From a virus (lineage: Duplodnaviria > Caudoviricetes): a DNA stretch of 24,947 nucleotides. Below the pieces are notes generated by a model, which had not been told where the DNA came from, ran no database searches, and saw only the letters and a list, made by a program, of their open reading frames with translations. The stretch's first letter is position 1, and every line of letters starts with the position of its first letter. The DNA is taken from IMG/VR virus record IMGVR_UViG_3300046330_000375, positions 1-24,947 of that record; one strand, written 5' to 3'. Both the position numbers and the translations under genes were made by a program. This document shows, piece by piece, positions 16,901-24,947 of the stretch.

Positions 16901-17954
16901 AGGCGAACTTAATAATTTAAACGAAACTACATCGGAAAAATTCAAAGAGTACAGCAGTATTTGGGATTTGACATTTAAAACTCTTGGTGTAAAGTTTTCA
17001 GACAACCCCGAATTAAACGATGCTATTACTGGTAAGTTTACCAAAGCGATGGGAATGGTAGGCGATGGTTTAAAGCAAATGCTTGATGCTGAATCACAAG
17101 CGAGCAAAGATAGACTTGATTCTTATGAGGAAGATTTGAATAGAAAAAATGACCTCCTCAACCAAGAAATTGAAAAAGAGAAACAAGGACTTGCCAATTC
17201 TGCCAACGAGAAACGTGCCGAAGTTGAGAAAACCAAAAAGCTACGTGATGAAGAAAAAGAGCATTACAAAAAAGTGCAGAAAGAAAAAGCAGCTATTGAA
17301 TCTTTGGAAATGGCGAGTGCAACCGCTTTAACTATTGTCAATATGATTGCATCGGCATCGCAAACCATTAAAGACTGGTCGAAAGTTCCTTTTGTTGGTG
17401 TTGCTATTGGTATCGCATCAGCCATCAGTTTGATTGCAACGTTTGCAAGTATCAGAGGTAAATTTAAAGCTGTAAATAGGCTTAGAAAGGGTAAACGATT
17501 AACCGCAGGTAGAAGCCATGAAAACGGAGGTATGGACGTTGTAGATTCTCAAACTGGCGAGCCATTATACAACATTGAAAAAAATGAGTGGTTAATGGGT
17601 TCAGAGCCATCGGAGAAACACAACGACCTTTTAGGACACATCAATAACGATAGCCTTAGAAGATTGCCATTTTCCGAGCAAAGAAAGTTGCTTGCTCCTT
17701 TGGGTGTAGTTATGCACAATAACGCTGTTACTCATACCGACAAAGCTATTCGTGAATCAAAGTATGTGATGGAAAGCAAAGAGCGTGTTTTAATGAATGA
17801 TTACCACTATAAAAAACTCATTCTCACAATGGAAGCCGTGAAAGAAAATACCGAAATCTTAAAAGATGAAAAGTTAGAGTACATGGAAAATGGTAAATTT
17901 GCGAGAGTAAAACAAGGTAAAATTGTAGGAATCAAAGAAGAACCAAATTATTAA
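13917..17954 (+). CDS. Tail tape measure protein
   Basis: 1345 aa, helical/coiled-coil; tape-measure domain (GKGFDQLTEAILDAMTNEYERLKEFGIKA...TLNGQLSAMSDNW); two hydrophobic Gly/Ala segments; C-terminal GRSHENGG motif. Confidence 0.9.
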   Translation: MDNNVLIEFGAKLSNLIAELKQVSGLLDNVDEKEDKLQKKDTFKGTSESAKAYNRVLLDNSKVYQTLENSAKSYEKELERLKKIQSDLIRQKAQFSNSKEYDRLTGDLTAVNGRISEISSALQTFNGGVNNSTSLLSRFAGFAKGAIGAVGALFIADAALDIEGQIFDVTAKYEAYRATLQNATQDEIATAEAMEMVANVAIKSNFTVDELTGSYIKLVNRGIIPTREELIKQGDIAASQGKGFDQLTEAILDAMTNEYERLKEFGIKARTIGDTVSFTFKGITKEVKKMDEEGIKNAILSFGDLQGVAGAMSATSTTLNGQLSAMSDNWEQILKNLGEGQSGIFHATVTFLADMVGWLKEATSIPFDKKLRDEKIELNSLVNSIIASNENSAVRSKLMTELINKYPSILRYIDAESASNGQLLNALKLINAEYERKIRLAARSKLADNALQNATDSQLKVEEGFKTIFDETGGKGSNKAGFERLLKQQGQSLDGFLTATSKKQREILLKVQAQLDKDNGIFSKINATQFGRAFKDLIEGLDESAKAQTEYNKVLVDNEKINDNFAKQDKARIDAEQAKIDYLKKNKAINGELYSEIRNNLELQSKQLASEISQTSATKQNAEVLKQKNAQLQQYNKELKEMAKNSDSGVLPESVRKRAINDIEKPLQGYKNSLAGVPAVPKADKPNIATTPNAGASNAEKELQREQQRLLKLQEDYKEKLASLELDSENVRLSLLDKKSQEYIDKKKEYDLKLVDAEREKFKELYNIQAGQVLQNGKDDKGNPEFKLFTRKEVLVKSGKSELEAELELEKEFAEKSVEVTELLNLKKDVIRKGADKETINLQRETAKILLNLQGESLSKELAQLEQKYAELYEANKSNGAVSQAYFEQYLIDREGLRKKYADNEIETERKLAEDSVDLLKKDKGERQEDFEKRVAKARLDVKIEFAQKAIESEIAYQTAMLELARIGGRELTDEEKKNFDNRLQLLKNASAKAKGELNNLNETTSEKFKEYSSIWDLTFKTLGVKFSDNPELNDAITGKFTKAMGMVGDGLKQMLDAESQASKDRLDSYEEDLNRKNDLLNQEIEKEKQGLANSANEKRAEVEKTKKLRDEEKEHYKKVQKEKAAIESLEMASATALTIVNMIASASQTIKDWSKVPFVGVAIGIASAISLIATFASIRGKFKAVNRLRKGKRLTAGRSHENGGMDVVDSQTGEPLYNIEKNEWLMGSEPSEKHNDLLGHINNDSLRRLPFSEQRKLLAPLGVVMHNNAVTHTDKAIRESKYVMESKERVLMNDYHYKKLILTMEAVKENTEILKDEKLEYMENGKFARVKQGKIVGIKEEPNY

Positions 17955-17957
17955 ATT

Positions 17958-19865
17958 ATGTCTTTTGAATCAGCTTTATTTATAAACGGTTTGAACGTAA
18001 AGGTTAGTCCAATAGGGCTAACCAATTTGCGTTTAGTGATAGAGAAAGAAACCGAAACATCTTTTTTTAGAAGAAAGATTAATGGAGATATTGAGTTTGG
18101 TAAATTAGACTGCAATATTCTACCCGAATTAGAAAAGGAATGTTGTAAAACGTTCCCATTTACAATTTATCGAACCTGTCAAGGAGAAAACACCGTATTT
18201 GTTACCGCAGAACTGCCCTCAAAAGCCTTTGATTGGAACAAAGTTAGTAACACGGTTAAAACTACCAAGATAGACATTGCAGATAGCTACAAAGGCGTTT
18301 TTCGCAACTGGGAAAAAAAGATAAATATGTGTACGATGCCTTTCAATCGAAAGTTGAAATACTGGTACAGAAAAACGAATAGTAGTGGCGAGATTGATAG
18401 CTACACTTACCCAACCATAACGAGCAATAGAGGTAGGCGTTTCGCTGATTGGGTTTTTTATTGCGTACAAAAGACTTTTGATGGAACTCCTTATAATTCC
18501 ATCATTCCAAGTTCGATTTCGTTTATGAGCCAAATTATGGACTTAAACATAAATCCTTGTACTGGTCAGCAATCAATATTTACCCATGCAATGACTTTTC
18601 AAATCAGTGATTTTGTTGAGCCGCACTCTTCAAGCCCTGCCGATGGAACGTTAGCAGATGGTAGAATTAATGAAAGCATGGCAATTTCATTAAAAGACTT
18701 ACTTTCGAGTTTAAAAATATTGTTTCGGTTAGATTGGTACATTGATTCTATCACAGGTAAATTTAGAATCGAACACGAATCATTTTTTGCAAATGGATAT
18801 AGTTACTCAACTACCGAAAACAATATTGGCTTAGACTTAGACGAATCCAAGTATAGTCAAAATGTTGCAAGGATTTACGGAAGTTATAAGAATGATTCTG
18901 CCGAAATGTATGGTATTCAAGAACTTGAAATTAGCCAAAACAAGGCACTAAATTCTGATAAAGCAGCCATTTCAGATTCTACCGTAGTTGTTCCTACTGA
19001 TGGAATGTTTAACTGGTTTAATACTTATCAGTTCAGTAAAATAGATGATTTCGAGTTAGGAAATGTCAAGTACGATAGTGAGTGTGCTATTCTTAATGAC
19101 AAAGGAGAGTTACAAAAAAATACACTTCAAAACGATATGTTTGTTACATTTGTGAACGGTGTAGTAATGAATCCCGAAAATTTAGATAAAACCAAATGGG
19201 TTTTAATTGACTGCTACGAAGAACCTCAAATTGGAGAGATTGGAGTGTTACCCGAAAACCAAGCATATTTGATAAAAAAAGCAACGTGCGAAAGAAGTGC
19301 TTTGTCAAATGTTCTAAATGCTCGATTATCGGCAACCGCATTAATGAGAGATTTTCATAGGTGGGAACGTCCATTTGAAAGAGGTCTAATGAACTATTCA
19401 GATACTCCAAATGGAGAAAAAGGAAAAGGTATTTACAGAGAAATGTATTCAGTAAAAAAGACAAAGGTTCTTACTGAAAAAATAAATATCCCTTTTTGTT
19501 GTGATGATTCTTTTGATTTCAGAAAGTTGATTAAGTACAAAAACTTAAAAGCTGACCTAAAACGTGCAGAGTTCTTTTTTAGCAGCGAAACGATAGAACT
19601 TGAATTGGTTTTGCCAAGTAGTTGTGATTCTGATTTGAAGTTTCCAGTTGGAGGTTCAACAGGTTGCCAAGCACGAGGAACTTTCTTGTATGAAGAGGAT
19701 TGTTACCAAGTTGTAAGTAGAAATGTTGATACTAGTAGCGGTTATGGTTGTGTTAGTTTCCCTGCTAACTGGTACGGAAAACGCAAATTTTATGCTGATG
19801 GAGAATGTGGCTCATATTATGAGGAAGTTTATTTAGAAGCTGATGAACCTCAAAATGATTGTTAA
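17958..19865 (+). CDS. Cys-rich tail tip / baseplate hub-like protein
   Basis: Directly after the tape measure gene; ISLKDLLSSLKILFRLDWYID...KFRIEHESFF hub-like segment; 18 Cys; small C-terminal Cys domain (CQARGT...YADGECG...C). Confidence 0.55.
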   Translation: MSFESALFINGLNVKVSPIGLTNLRLVIEKETETSFFRRKINGDIEFGKLDCNILPELEKECCKTFPFTIYRTCQGENTVFVTAELPSKAFDWNKVSNTVKTTKIDIADSYKGVFRNWEKKINMCTMPFNRKLKYWYRKTNSSGEIDSYTYPTITSNRGRRFADWVFYCVQKTFDGTPYNSIIPSSISFMSQIMDLNINPCTGQQSIFTHAMTFQISDFVEPHSSSPADGTLADGRINESMAISLKDLLSSLKILFRLDWYIDSITGKFRIEHESFFANGYSYSTTENNIGLDLDESKYSQNVARIYGSYKNDSAEMYGIQELEISQNKALNSDKAAISDSTVVVPTDGMFNWFNTYQFSKIDDFELGNVKYDSECAILNDKGELQKNTLQNDMFVTFVNGVVMNPENLDKTKWVLIDCYEEPQIGEIGVLPENQAYLIKKATCERSALSNVLNARLSATALMRDFHRWERPFERGLMNYSDTPNGEKGKGIYREMYSVKKTKVLTEKINIPFCCDDSFDFRKLIKYKNLKADLKRAEFFFSSETIELELVLPSSCDSDLKFPVGGSTGCQARGTFLYEEDCYQVVSRNVDTSSGYGCVSFPANWYGKRKFYADGECGSYYEEVYLEADEPQNDC

Positions 19866-19867
19866 TT

Positions 19868-20842
19868 ATGAAAGATTTTTTAGTGTTGCCTTTTAAAAGC
19901 GATGTTAGCAAGTTGGAAATTTTCAATGCTGACAGGTATAATGATTTTCCGAAAGAAGAATTTAAGATTTATACCAAACAAGGCGAAATGTTGCCTTTTA
20001 TCTGCCCCATCGAAAACATTGGTTGTGATGGAGCAATAGAAGTTTATACCATCATTGGCGAGTTTCTGTATAGAATAGAAAACGACCAATACAAGCATAA
20101 AATCATAAAGAATGGCAGTAAAAAATTCGTTATGTTTGAGGGTGGAACGCTACCATGTTTCTTACTTCCTCCGTGCAACTTAGGGTACTACCTAAAAATT
20201 GGTAATATGTATTCAGAAAGTTTCTATGTTTTCGAGGGTACTGGTTTTACTAAATTAGAAGTTGGTAACGCTACGAGTTTCAAAAACATACCTTACAACC
20301 TTGGATTCAAGCAATGGTTTTGGATTCAAGATGAACTTTATGAGCCGAACTATGAAACTTATAGAGTTGATTCAAAAGACGAAAAAGGTTATGAGTATTT
20401 AAAATACGGTCGATTGATTCCAAATTATACGATTTTTAGTTATGGTGTACCCACTCACATAAAGCGTTTTTTTCACAGTTTGGAAATGCTCGATACAATC
20501 AACCTTACCGATACAAGTGGTAAGGTTTTTACCGTTTTAAGCAATCAGACAAAAGTTAAATCTTCGGTACAGGATAATAGAGCCACTTTGTTTGATACTG
20601 AATTGTCGTTTGTTGGTTCAGAAAGTACAGAGCAAAGTTCTTGCGATAGTTCAGACTTTATTTTAGACACCACTTGCCCAGCGATTGTAGAGCCAACAAT
20701 TAGACTTTGTGAGCCTATCACTCCGATTACAGATGTAGAAGTTGGTTGCTTGCCAAATCCTATTGATGATGTTGAAGTAGATTGTTGTGGCAGCAATAAT
20801 GATATTGATTTTTTTGCAACAGTAACTTATGAAAGTATATGA
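19868..20842 (+). CDS. Cys-rich tail protein (possible distal tail component)
   Basis: Start re-called at ATG 19868; beta-rich; 10 Cys; position in the tail module. Confidence 0.5.
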   Translation: MKDFLVLPFKSDVSKLEIFNADRYNDFPKEEFKIYTKQGEMLPFICPIENIGCDGAIEVYTIIGEFLYRIENDQYKHKIIKNGSKKFVMFEGGTLPCFLLPPCNLGYYLKIGNMYSESFYVFEGTGFTKLEVGNATSFKNIPYNLGFKQWFWIQDELYEPNYETYRVDSKDEKGYEYLKYGRLIPNYTIFSYGVPTHIKRFFHSLEMLDTINLTDTSGKVFTVLSNQTKVKSSVQDNRATLFDTELSFVGSESTEQSSCDSSDFILDTTCPAIVEPTIRLCEPITPITDVEVGCLPNPIDDVEVDCCGSNNDIDFFATVTYESI

Positions 20843-21279
20843 ATAAAGTTTTAATCAGAATCGGTAAAGGTTACAGAATCCAAGATTTTGTATATGGCTA
20901 CTCCCTAACGAACAATGTTAGTACCGTCCAAAATTGGCAGGATAGCAACGTTTTGCGTGTTCAGAATGGTTCTTATTGGTTTTTTTGTAAGAACCATGAC
21001 GGCACTATTTATTTTTCGTTCTTCAAGCAGGTTAATTGTGAAAACCAACCTTGCAGTATTCAGTTTGTAACTTTCAGCAAGAAAGGTACTTCAAACTGTA
21101 CTATTACTGGGTTGAATCCTTATTATCCTATTACTGGTAATAGTTGTTTGATTACTGGTTTAAGTCCTTACGTTGTAAACGGTTTACAATCGTGTACAAT
21201 TTCAGCACTCCTACCATACATCAAAACAGCAGATTCTCAGCCACAATCGTTCATTGGTGTAATTGGCTTAAACGTATAA
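20839..21279 (+). CDS. Small tail-associated protein with tandem Cys repeats
   Basis: N-terminal YGYSL...WQDSNVL..QNGSYWFFCK short beta module, then C.I..L.PY repeats. Confidence 0.6.
   Translation: MNKVLIRIGKGYRIQDFVYGYSLTNNVSTVQNWQDSNVLRVQNGSYWFFCKNHDGTIYFSFFKQVNCENQPCSIQFVTFSKKGTSNCTITGLNPYYPITGNSCLITGLSPYVVNGLQSCTISALLPYIKTADSQPQSFIGVIGLNV
21091..21219 (+). repeat. Three degenerate 48-nt (16-aa) coding tandem repeats
   Basis: SNCTITGLNPY / NSCLITGLSPY / QSCTISALLPY; Cys codons at 21097, 21145 and 21193. Confidence 0.8.
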
Positions 21280-21282
21280 AAG

Positions 21283-23370
21283 ATGTCAGTAAAAACAACA
21301 TTTTCAGCAACAGAGGTATGCGATAGCTACGGAGTAGCAGGTTCGCAAGTTACCCAAACATGGTACATTCCGCAGGGAGAAAGTATGCGTAATGGATTGG
21401 TAATTTACACCGATGCACCTATGACCCAAAAGCTACAAGCAAATAAGGTTTACGGAGCGAGTTACAACGGTGTTTCTTATAGTTTCTCAACAAACAGTAA
21501 TAGTGAGGTAATTAACCTTGCTCAATGTGTATCTACACCACCAGTAGGTCAGCTTTCAGTTTTAAATCAGTTTGCTACTGGGTTAATTTCTGATAGTGGT
21601 TATCAATTCGATTTTCCAACGCAGGTAGATGGTAGCGGTAATGTTTGGAATAACCTCACTATTACAGTAGGTTCAAACAACAAGCTAACAGTTGTTGAGG
21701 ATTTAAGGGGTTGGTATGGTTCGGGAAATCTTAGATACATAGTTGAAAGTTCAAACAATTTTCTTACGAAAGCACAGTTGGAAGCAATCGACTTTTCCAA
21801 TCAGAAAGGCGAAGATGTGTTGATTTTGGCGGTAGATGCAAATACAATAAACAATGAACATACGCATTGTGGTTGGACTTTTGTTCACATCAAAGGTGAT
21901 TCTTCAACGCCTGTACCCTCGTTTCTTGCAAGAAACCCAAATAAGCGTATGCCACAAATGGCTTACAGTTTTCCAAATGTAACCTTGCCAGCGAATAAAC
22001 AAAACGTTATTTATTTTCGTCAGACAGATGATAGTGGAGCAAATGAAGTATCATCGGCTTTTCTTCAAAAAGGTTGGAGCATTGGCAAAGGTGGTACAGG
22101 TATGCACCAATTTGTAGGAATTTATGACGAATGGATTAGACAACAGGTAGGAAACCCAATACCGTACCATGTAACTATTCCGTCAGAAAACAAATACACC
22201 ATACACGATATAGCGATAAAATCGGCTGAATGGCTTAGAAATAGTTCTATGAACACTATTTACAACGCCTTTACGGAAGTAATAAATGCAGGTAGCGGTA
22301 AGGGTTTTTTGTTTCTTGACTGGGAGTATATTGGTTTTGATATTTGGTCGCAAGATGTTGTAAATAAACTCACTACTTTGTTTCAGAAATTCTATGAAGC
22401 AAATCCAAATACTATGTTTACGTCCTATATTCATGCAAATCCGTTCTATGACATTACACAAGACCCGACGACCATTTCGGGAAGGGATTACCACAATGCA
22501 AAGTTTAACAAAACTTTGTCTCAACTTGCAGGTGGTTTCTTTGGACATACAGGCGAAATTTTGAATGTGAACACAGGAGCAGGTACAGGAGTGTATCAAA
22601 TTATGGGTAAACACATGGCTTCATGGGTTGGAATATACAATTACACCATCAAGAAAACAGTATTGTATAATACTATCCAAGAATTTGAGTTAATGGCAAA
22701 ATTTGAGATAGAAGCCGTTTCTCTAAATTGGAGCTTGACAGAAGGTTTAGGTGGTAGTGATTTTGATACATGGCCGAGGCGATTTAAAAAGTCAAATGGT
22801 CAAAGTTATTACCGCCAAACAAAACCGCCATGCCAACCATCGCACATGAGAAACATGACTATTTTATCAAATTTCTTTGGTAAAGGAACATGGTTTTGGG
22901 ATGAGCCATTGCCGTTTATGGAAGGTTATGACTATTGGGGTTCAAATGCGAGAGACATTAACGACCAAGATTATTTAGGAGTTGATTTTGTTGCACCACA
23001 TAGTTCAAGTATGCACTTTACAAGCATGATAGGCTATGATTATGCCACAAGAGGGCTTTATGAGTTGTCATTTAGTAGTGATATTATTGGAACTGGAATA
23101 AGTGGAATCATTCGACCAGAATTTTCAACTAATGGTGGAACGAGTTACTATACAGGTAACGACCTTTTGCCAGCATCGGCACAATACTTGCGTATTCCGA
23201 TTGTAAGAATGAGAAAACACCCAACGCTCAACGAATGGGTATTAGTGGCAGTAACCATGTACCAAAATCACTGGGAAAATCAGACTTTGAAAGTAAAAAT
23301 TGCTGATAAGACCATTGATGTAGTATTAAAAGGACTGCATTGTAATTTAAGTCGTATAAAATTAATTTAG
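21283..23370 (+). CDS. Putative tail-associated glycoside hydrolase/depolymerase
   Basis: N-terminal Cys-bounded small domain; central GFLFLDWEY (DxE motif) and later GKGTWFWD, suggesting a TIM-barrel hydrolase; aromatic-rich. Confidence 0.45.
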   Translation: MSVKTTFSATEVCDSYGVAGSQVTQTWYIPQGESMRNGLVIYTDAPMTQKLQANKVYGASYNGVSYSFSTNSNSEVINLAQCVSTPPVGQLSVLNQFATGLISDSGYQFDFPTQVDGSGNVWNNLTITVGSNNKLTVVEDLRGWYGSGNLRYIVESSNNFLTKAQLEAIDFSNQKGEDVLILAVDANTINNEHTHCGWTFVHIKGDSSTPVPSFLARNPNKRMPQMAYSFPNVTLPANKQNVIYFRQTDDSGANEVSSAFLQKGWSIGKGGTGMHQFVGIYDEWIRQQVGNPIPYHVTIPSENKYTIHDIAIKSAEWLRNSSMNTIYNAFTEVINAGSGKGFLFLDWEYIGFDIWSQDVVNKLTTLFQKFYEANPNTMFTSYIHANPFYDITQDPTTISGRDYHNAKFNKTLSQLAGGFFGHTGEILNVNTGAGTGVYQIMGKHMASWVGIYNYTIKKTVLYNTIQEFELMAKFEIEAVSLNWSLTEGLGGSDFDTWPRRFKKSNGQSYYRQTKPPCQPSHMRNMTILSNFFGKGTWFWDEPLPFMEGYDYWGSNARDINDQDYLGVDFVAPHSSSMHFTSMIGYDYATRGLYELSFSSDIIGTGISGIIRPEFSTNGGTSYYTGNDLLPASAQYLRIPIVRMRKHPTLNEWVLVAVTMYQNHWENQTLKVKIADKTIDVVLKGLHCNLSRIKLI

Positions 23371-23392
23371 TAACTATTAAACTTTCAATACA

Positions 23393-24463
23393 ATGAATAA
23401 TTTAGGTGTACCAAACAAGTCGCTGACTTGGACAAATAAAATAGGTATTAGTGAAAATATGGATGAAAGAGCAAGTATTTTGCTCGAACTCTATGTGAAT
23501 GACACCCTTGTTAGAAGACAATGGAACAAAGATGGCGGAGTTCATGGCGACGATAACCATACAGGAAATGGAATCGTAGTTAATGTTGATGATATAATTG
23601 AATTTAGAATATACAATTTGTCATTAAATAGGTTGCCAATGCAAATAATCGTTATGAATGGCGATACAACAAATACAAACAATATCAATTCTTTTCCAAC
23701 AGGAATGGTAGATGGTAATGGTTCGGTTGATGGAAGTAGCGTGAAATTGCATAAAACCTTGATAGGTGGACAAAAAACTATTATGAGATTTAAAGCCTCA
23801 TCCGTTGCGAATAGTTGGTGGAAAATTAACTGTAATTGTGTTTTCTTAGAGTCAAATGGTAATATGACACCTGTAAACCCTAACAATGGAATAGATTATG
23901 GTGCAGATTTTTTTCAATTAGATTATTCGGGTGGTAACATTCGTTGGAATAATCCTACTATTTCGGCAGGAAACCAAATCGTGTTACCAAATACGGCTAC
24001 ATGGGCAACTGCAAATGGACAGGAAACTAACTATTGGTATAATTCGGGTTCAAATGCGTGTGCAAGTCCAACAGCGTTGAGCATAAGCCCAACAGGTACA
24101 CTAAATAAGTTGGTTGGAGAATCTATTACATTAACAGCATCGGCAACAGGTACAGCTTTAAGGTATCAATGGATTAAGGACGGTTTTTTTGAAATTCCAA
24201 ACGCTACAAATGCAACTTTGACCGTAAGCAATCTTACTACGACAAATGCAGGAACGTATAAGTGTCGAATTTACAATGATTGTGGAGGTGGTGTAGTATC
24301 ACCAACAGCAGAAACCGCAGAGGTAACGGTAAATGTTACAAGTTCTTTGGATTGTTCGGCAGTTATCAATAAAAAGCTATTTTCTACATGGAATAATGCA
24401 AGCGATGGCTCAAATGGTGTTTTTGCAAATCAACCATTAGAAATACAGGCTACCATTTGCTGA
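23393..24463 (+). CDS. Ig-domain adhesin / tail fibre-like protein, N-terminal part
   Basis: I-set-like Ig domain VGESITLTASATGTALRYQWIKDG...IPNATNATLTVSNLTTTNAGTYKC; N/G/T-rich. Confidence 0.7.
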   Translation: MNNLGVPNKSLTWTNKIGISENMDERASILLELYVNDTLVRRQWNKDGGVHGDDNHTGNGIVVNVDDIIEFRIYNLSLNRLPMQIIVMNGDTTNTNNINSFPTGMVDGNGSVDGSSVKLHKTLIGGQKTIMRFKASSVANSWWKINCNCVFLESNGNMTPVNPNNGIDYGADFFQLDYSGGNIRWNNPTISAGNQIVLPNTATWATANGQETNYWYNSGSNACASPTALSISPTGTLNKLVGESITLTASATGTALRYQWIKDGFFEIPNATNATLTVSNLTTTNAGTYKCRIYNDCGGGVVSPTAETAEVTVNVTSSLDCSAVINKKLFSTWNNASDGSNGVFANQPLEIQATIC

Positions 24464-24947
24464 AAATCTTAAAGCGAGACACAGATTTAACTCCACTTTG
24501 GTTTGAAGCGAGAGGTAGAAACTTGTTTATGCAGTTTCCGCTTGCAAGTGGCATTACTAATGCAATGGTAGATTGTTTAGTTGGTCAAGACGTTGGAATG
24601 GCTTTTGACACAACCTACGCTACGCCAGTAGGATATACAAAAGATGGAAATATTTACAAAAAAATATCTGTAAAAGCAGGAAAGCCAATTCCAAATGCTA
24701 CAACTGGTACAGTAGGCGTTTTATTTAGCGGAGTTGCACCCGAAGCAGGAACTATCGAAATTTTCAATTCAAGCAATCAACTTGTAGCAACTGTTCAGAC
24801 AGGAACAAGTTCGCCTTTTGCTTGGAGCTATACTCCAACAGTTGCAGGAACTTATTATGCGACTTTAGGAGTAAGTGGCAAAACAGTTTCTGACCATTCA
24901 GTAAATTGGACTGTAAATGCTACCACAGGCGGAACAACTAAAAATGT
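24397..24947 (+). CDS. Continuation of the adhesin in the -1 frame, open to the window end (absent from the ORF track)
   Basis: Stop-free frame from 24397: ...GYHLLKILKRDTDLTPLWFEARGRNLFMQFPL...TPVGYTKDGNIYKK...GTIEIFNSSNQLVATVQTGTSSPFAWSYTPTVAGTYYATL..., the latter being a bacterial Ig-like domain. Confidence 0.7.

Larger units (their letters stand above)
1..24947 (+). mobile_element. Tailed dsDNA phage/prophage morphogenesis module (siphovirus-like), probable Bacteroidota host
   Basis: Co-oriented terminase-portal-head-neck-chaperone-tape measure-tail gene order; Bacteroidota-type promoters; no host housekeeping genes in the window. Confidence 0.95.

Noticed and set aside
562-21326. Short alternative-frame + strand ORFs (562..819, 5324..5521, 6669..6869, 15583..15834, 17149..17331, 21144..21326)
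   Set aside because: Nested in longer credible genes, with no motifs or initiation context
22302-22308. In-frame G_GGT_TTT slippery heptamer in ORF 21283
   Set aside because: The -1 frame stops within a few codons and would remove the DWE motif; no supporting structure seen
11-23886. Numerous minus-strand ORFs in the track (for example 6095..6475, 14936..15376, 16229..16768, 22183..22614)
   Set aside because: All lie opposite well-supported + strand genes and show the S/F/L-rich composition expected from antisense shadows of K/E-rich coding sequence
1-24947. CRISPR array, tRNA, integrase/att, DGR template or reverse transcriptase, intron/intein, alternative genetic code
   Set aside because: No repeat-spacer arrays, cloverleafs or recombinase/RT motifs seen; TerL and portal have normal size; genes tile densely under the standard code using all three stop codons

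Overview
The whole window is the DNA-packaging, head and tail module of an AT-rich tailed dsDNA phage or prophage, with every credible gene on the + strand. Gene order: ParB-like protein (5' truncated), terminase small and large subunits, a small conserved phage protein, portal with a CxxCxGxG zinc-finger insert, minor head protein, an inserted block (two hypotheticals, RusA resolvase, two acidic low-complexity proteins), scaffold, probable major capsid protein, Cys-rich neck/adaptor genes, a CxxC membrane protein, a tail chaperone with a -1 frameshift extension, tape measure protein, Cys-rich tail-tip proteins, a putative glycoside-hydrolase tail protein, and an Ig-domain adhesin gene broken by a frame change. 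TTTG-N17/18-TAnnTTTG promoters and A-rich leaders without Shine-Dalgarno motifs point to a Bacteroidota host. No integrase, att site, tRNA, rRNA or CRISPR array was seen. Most interesting observations: (i) Cys-rich structural proteins contrast with a Cys-free scaffold and tape measure, next to a CxxC membrane protein, suggesting a disulfide- or metal-crosslinked virion; (ii) a structured intergenic element whose UGUU-repeat tract is complementary to the start regions of two genes; (iii) no recognisable major tail tube gene in its usual slot; (iv) apparent absence of GATC. All protein calls rest on motif recognition and gene order, not database searches.
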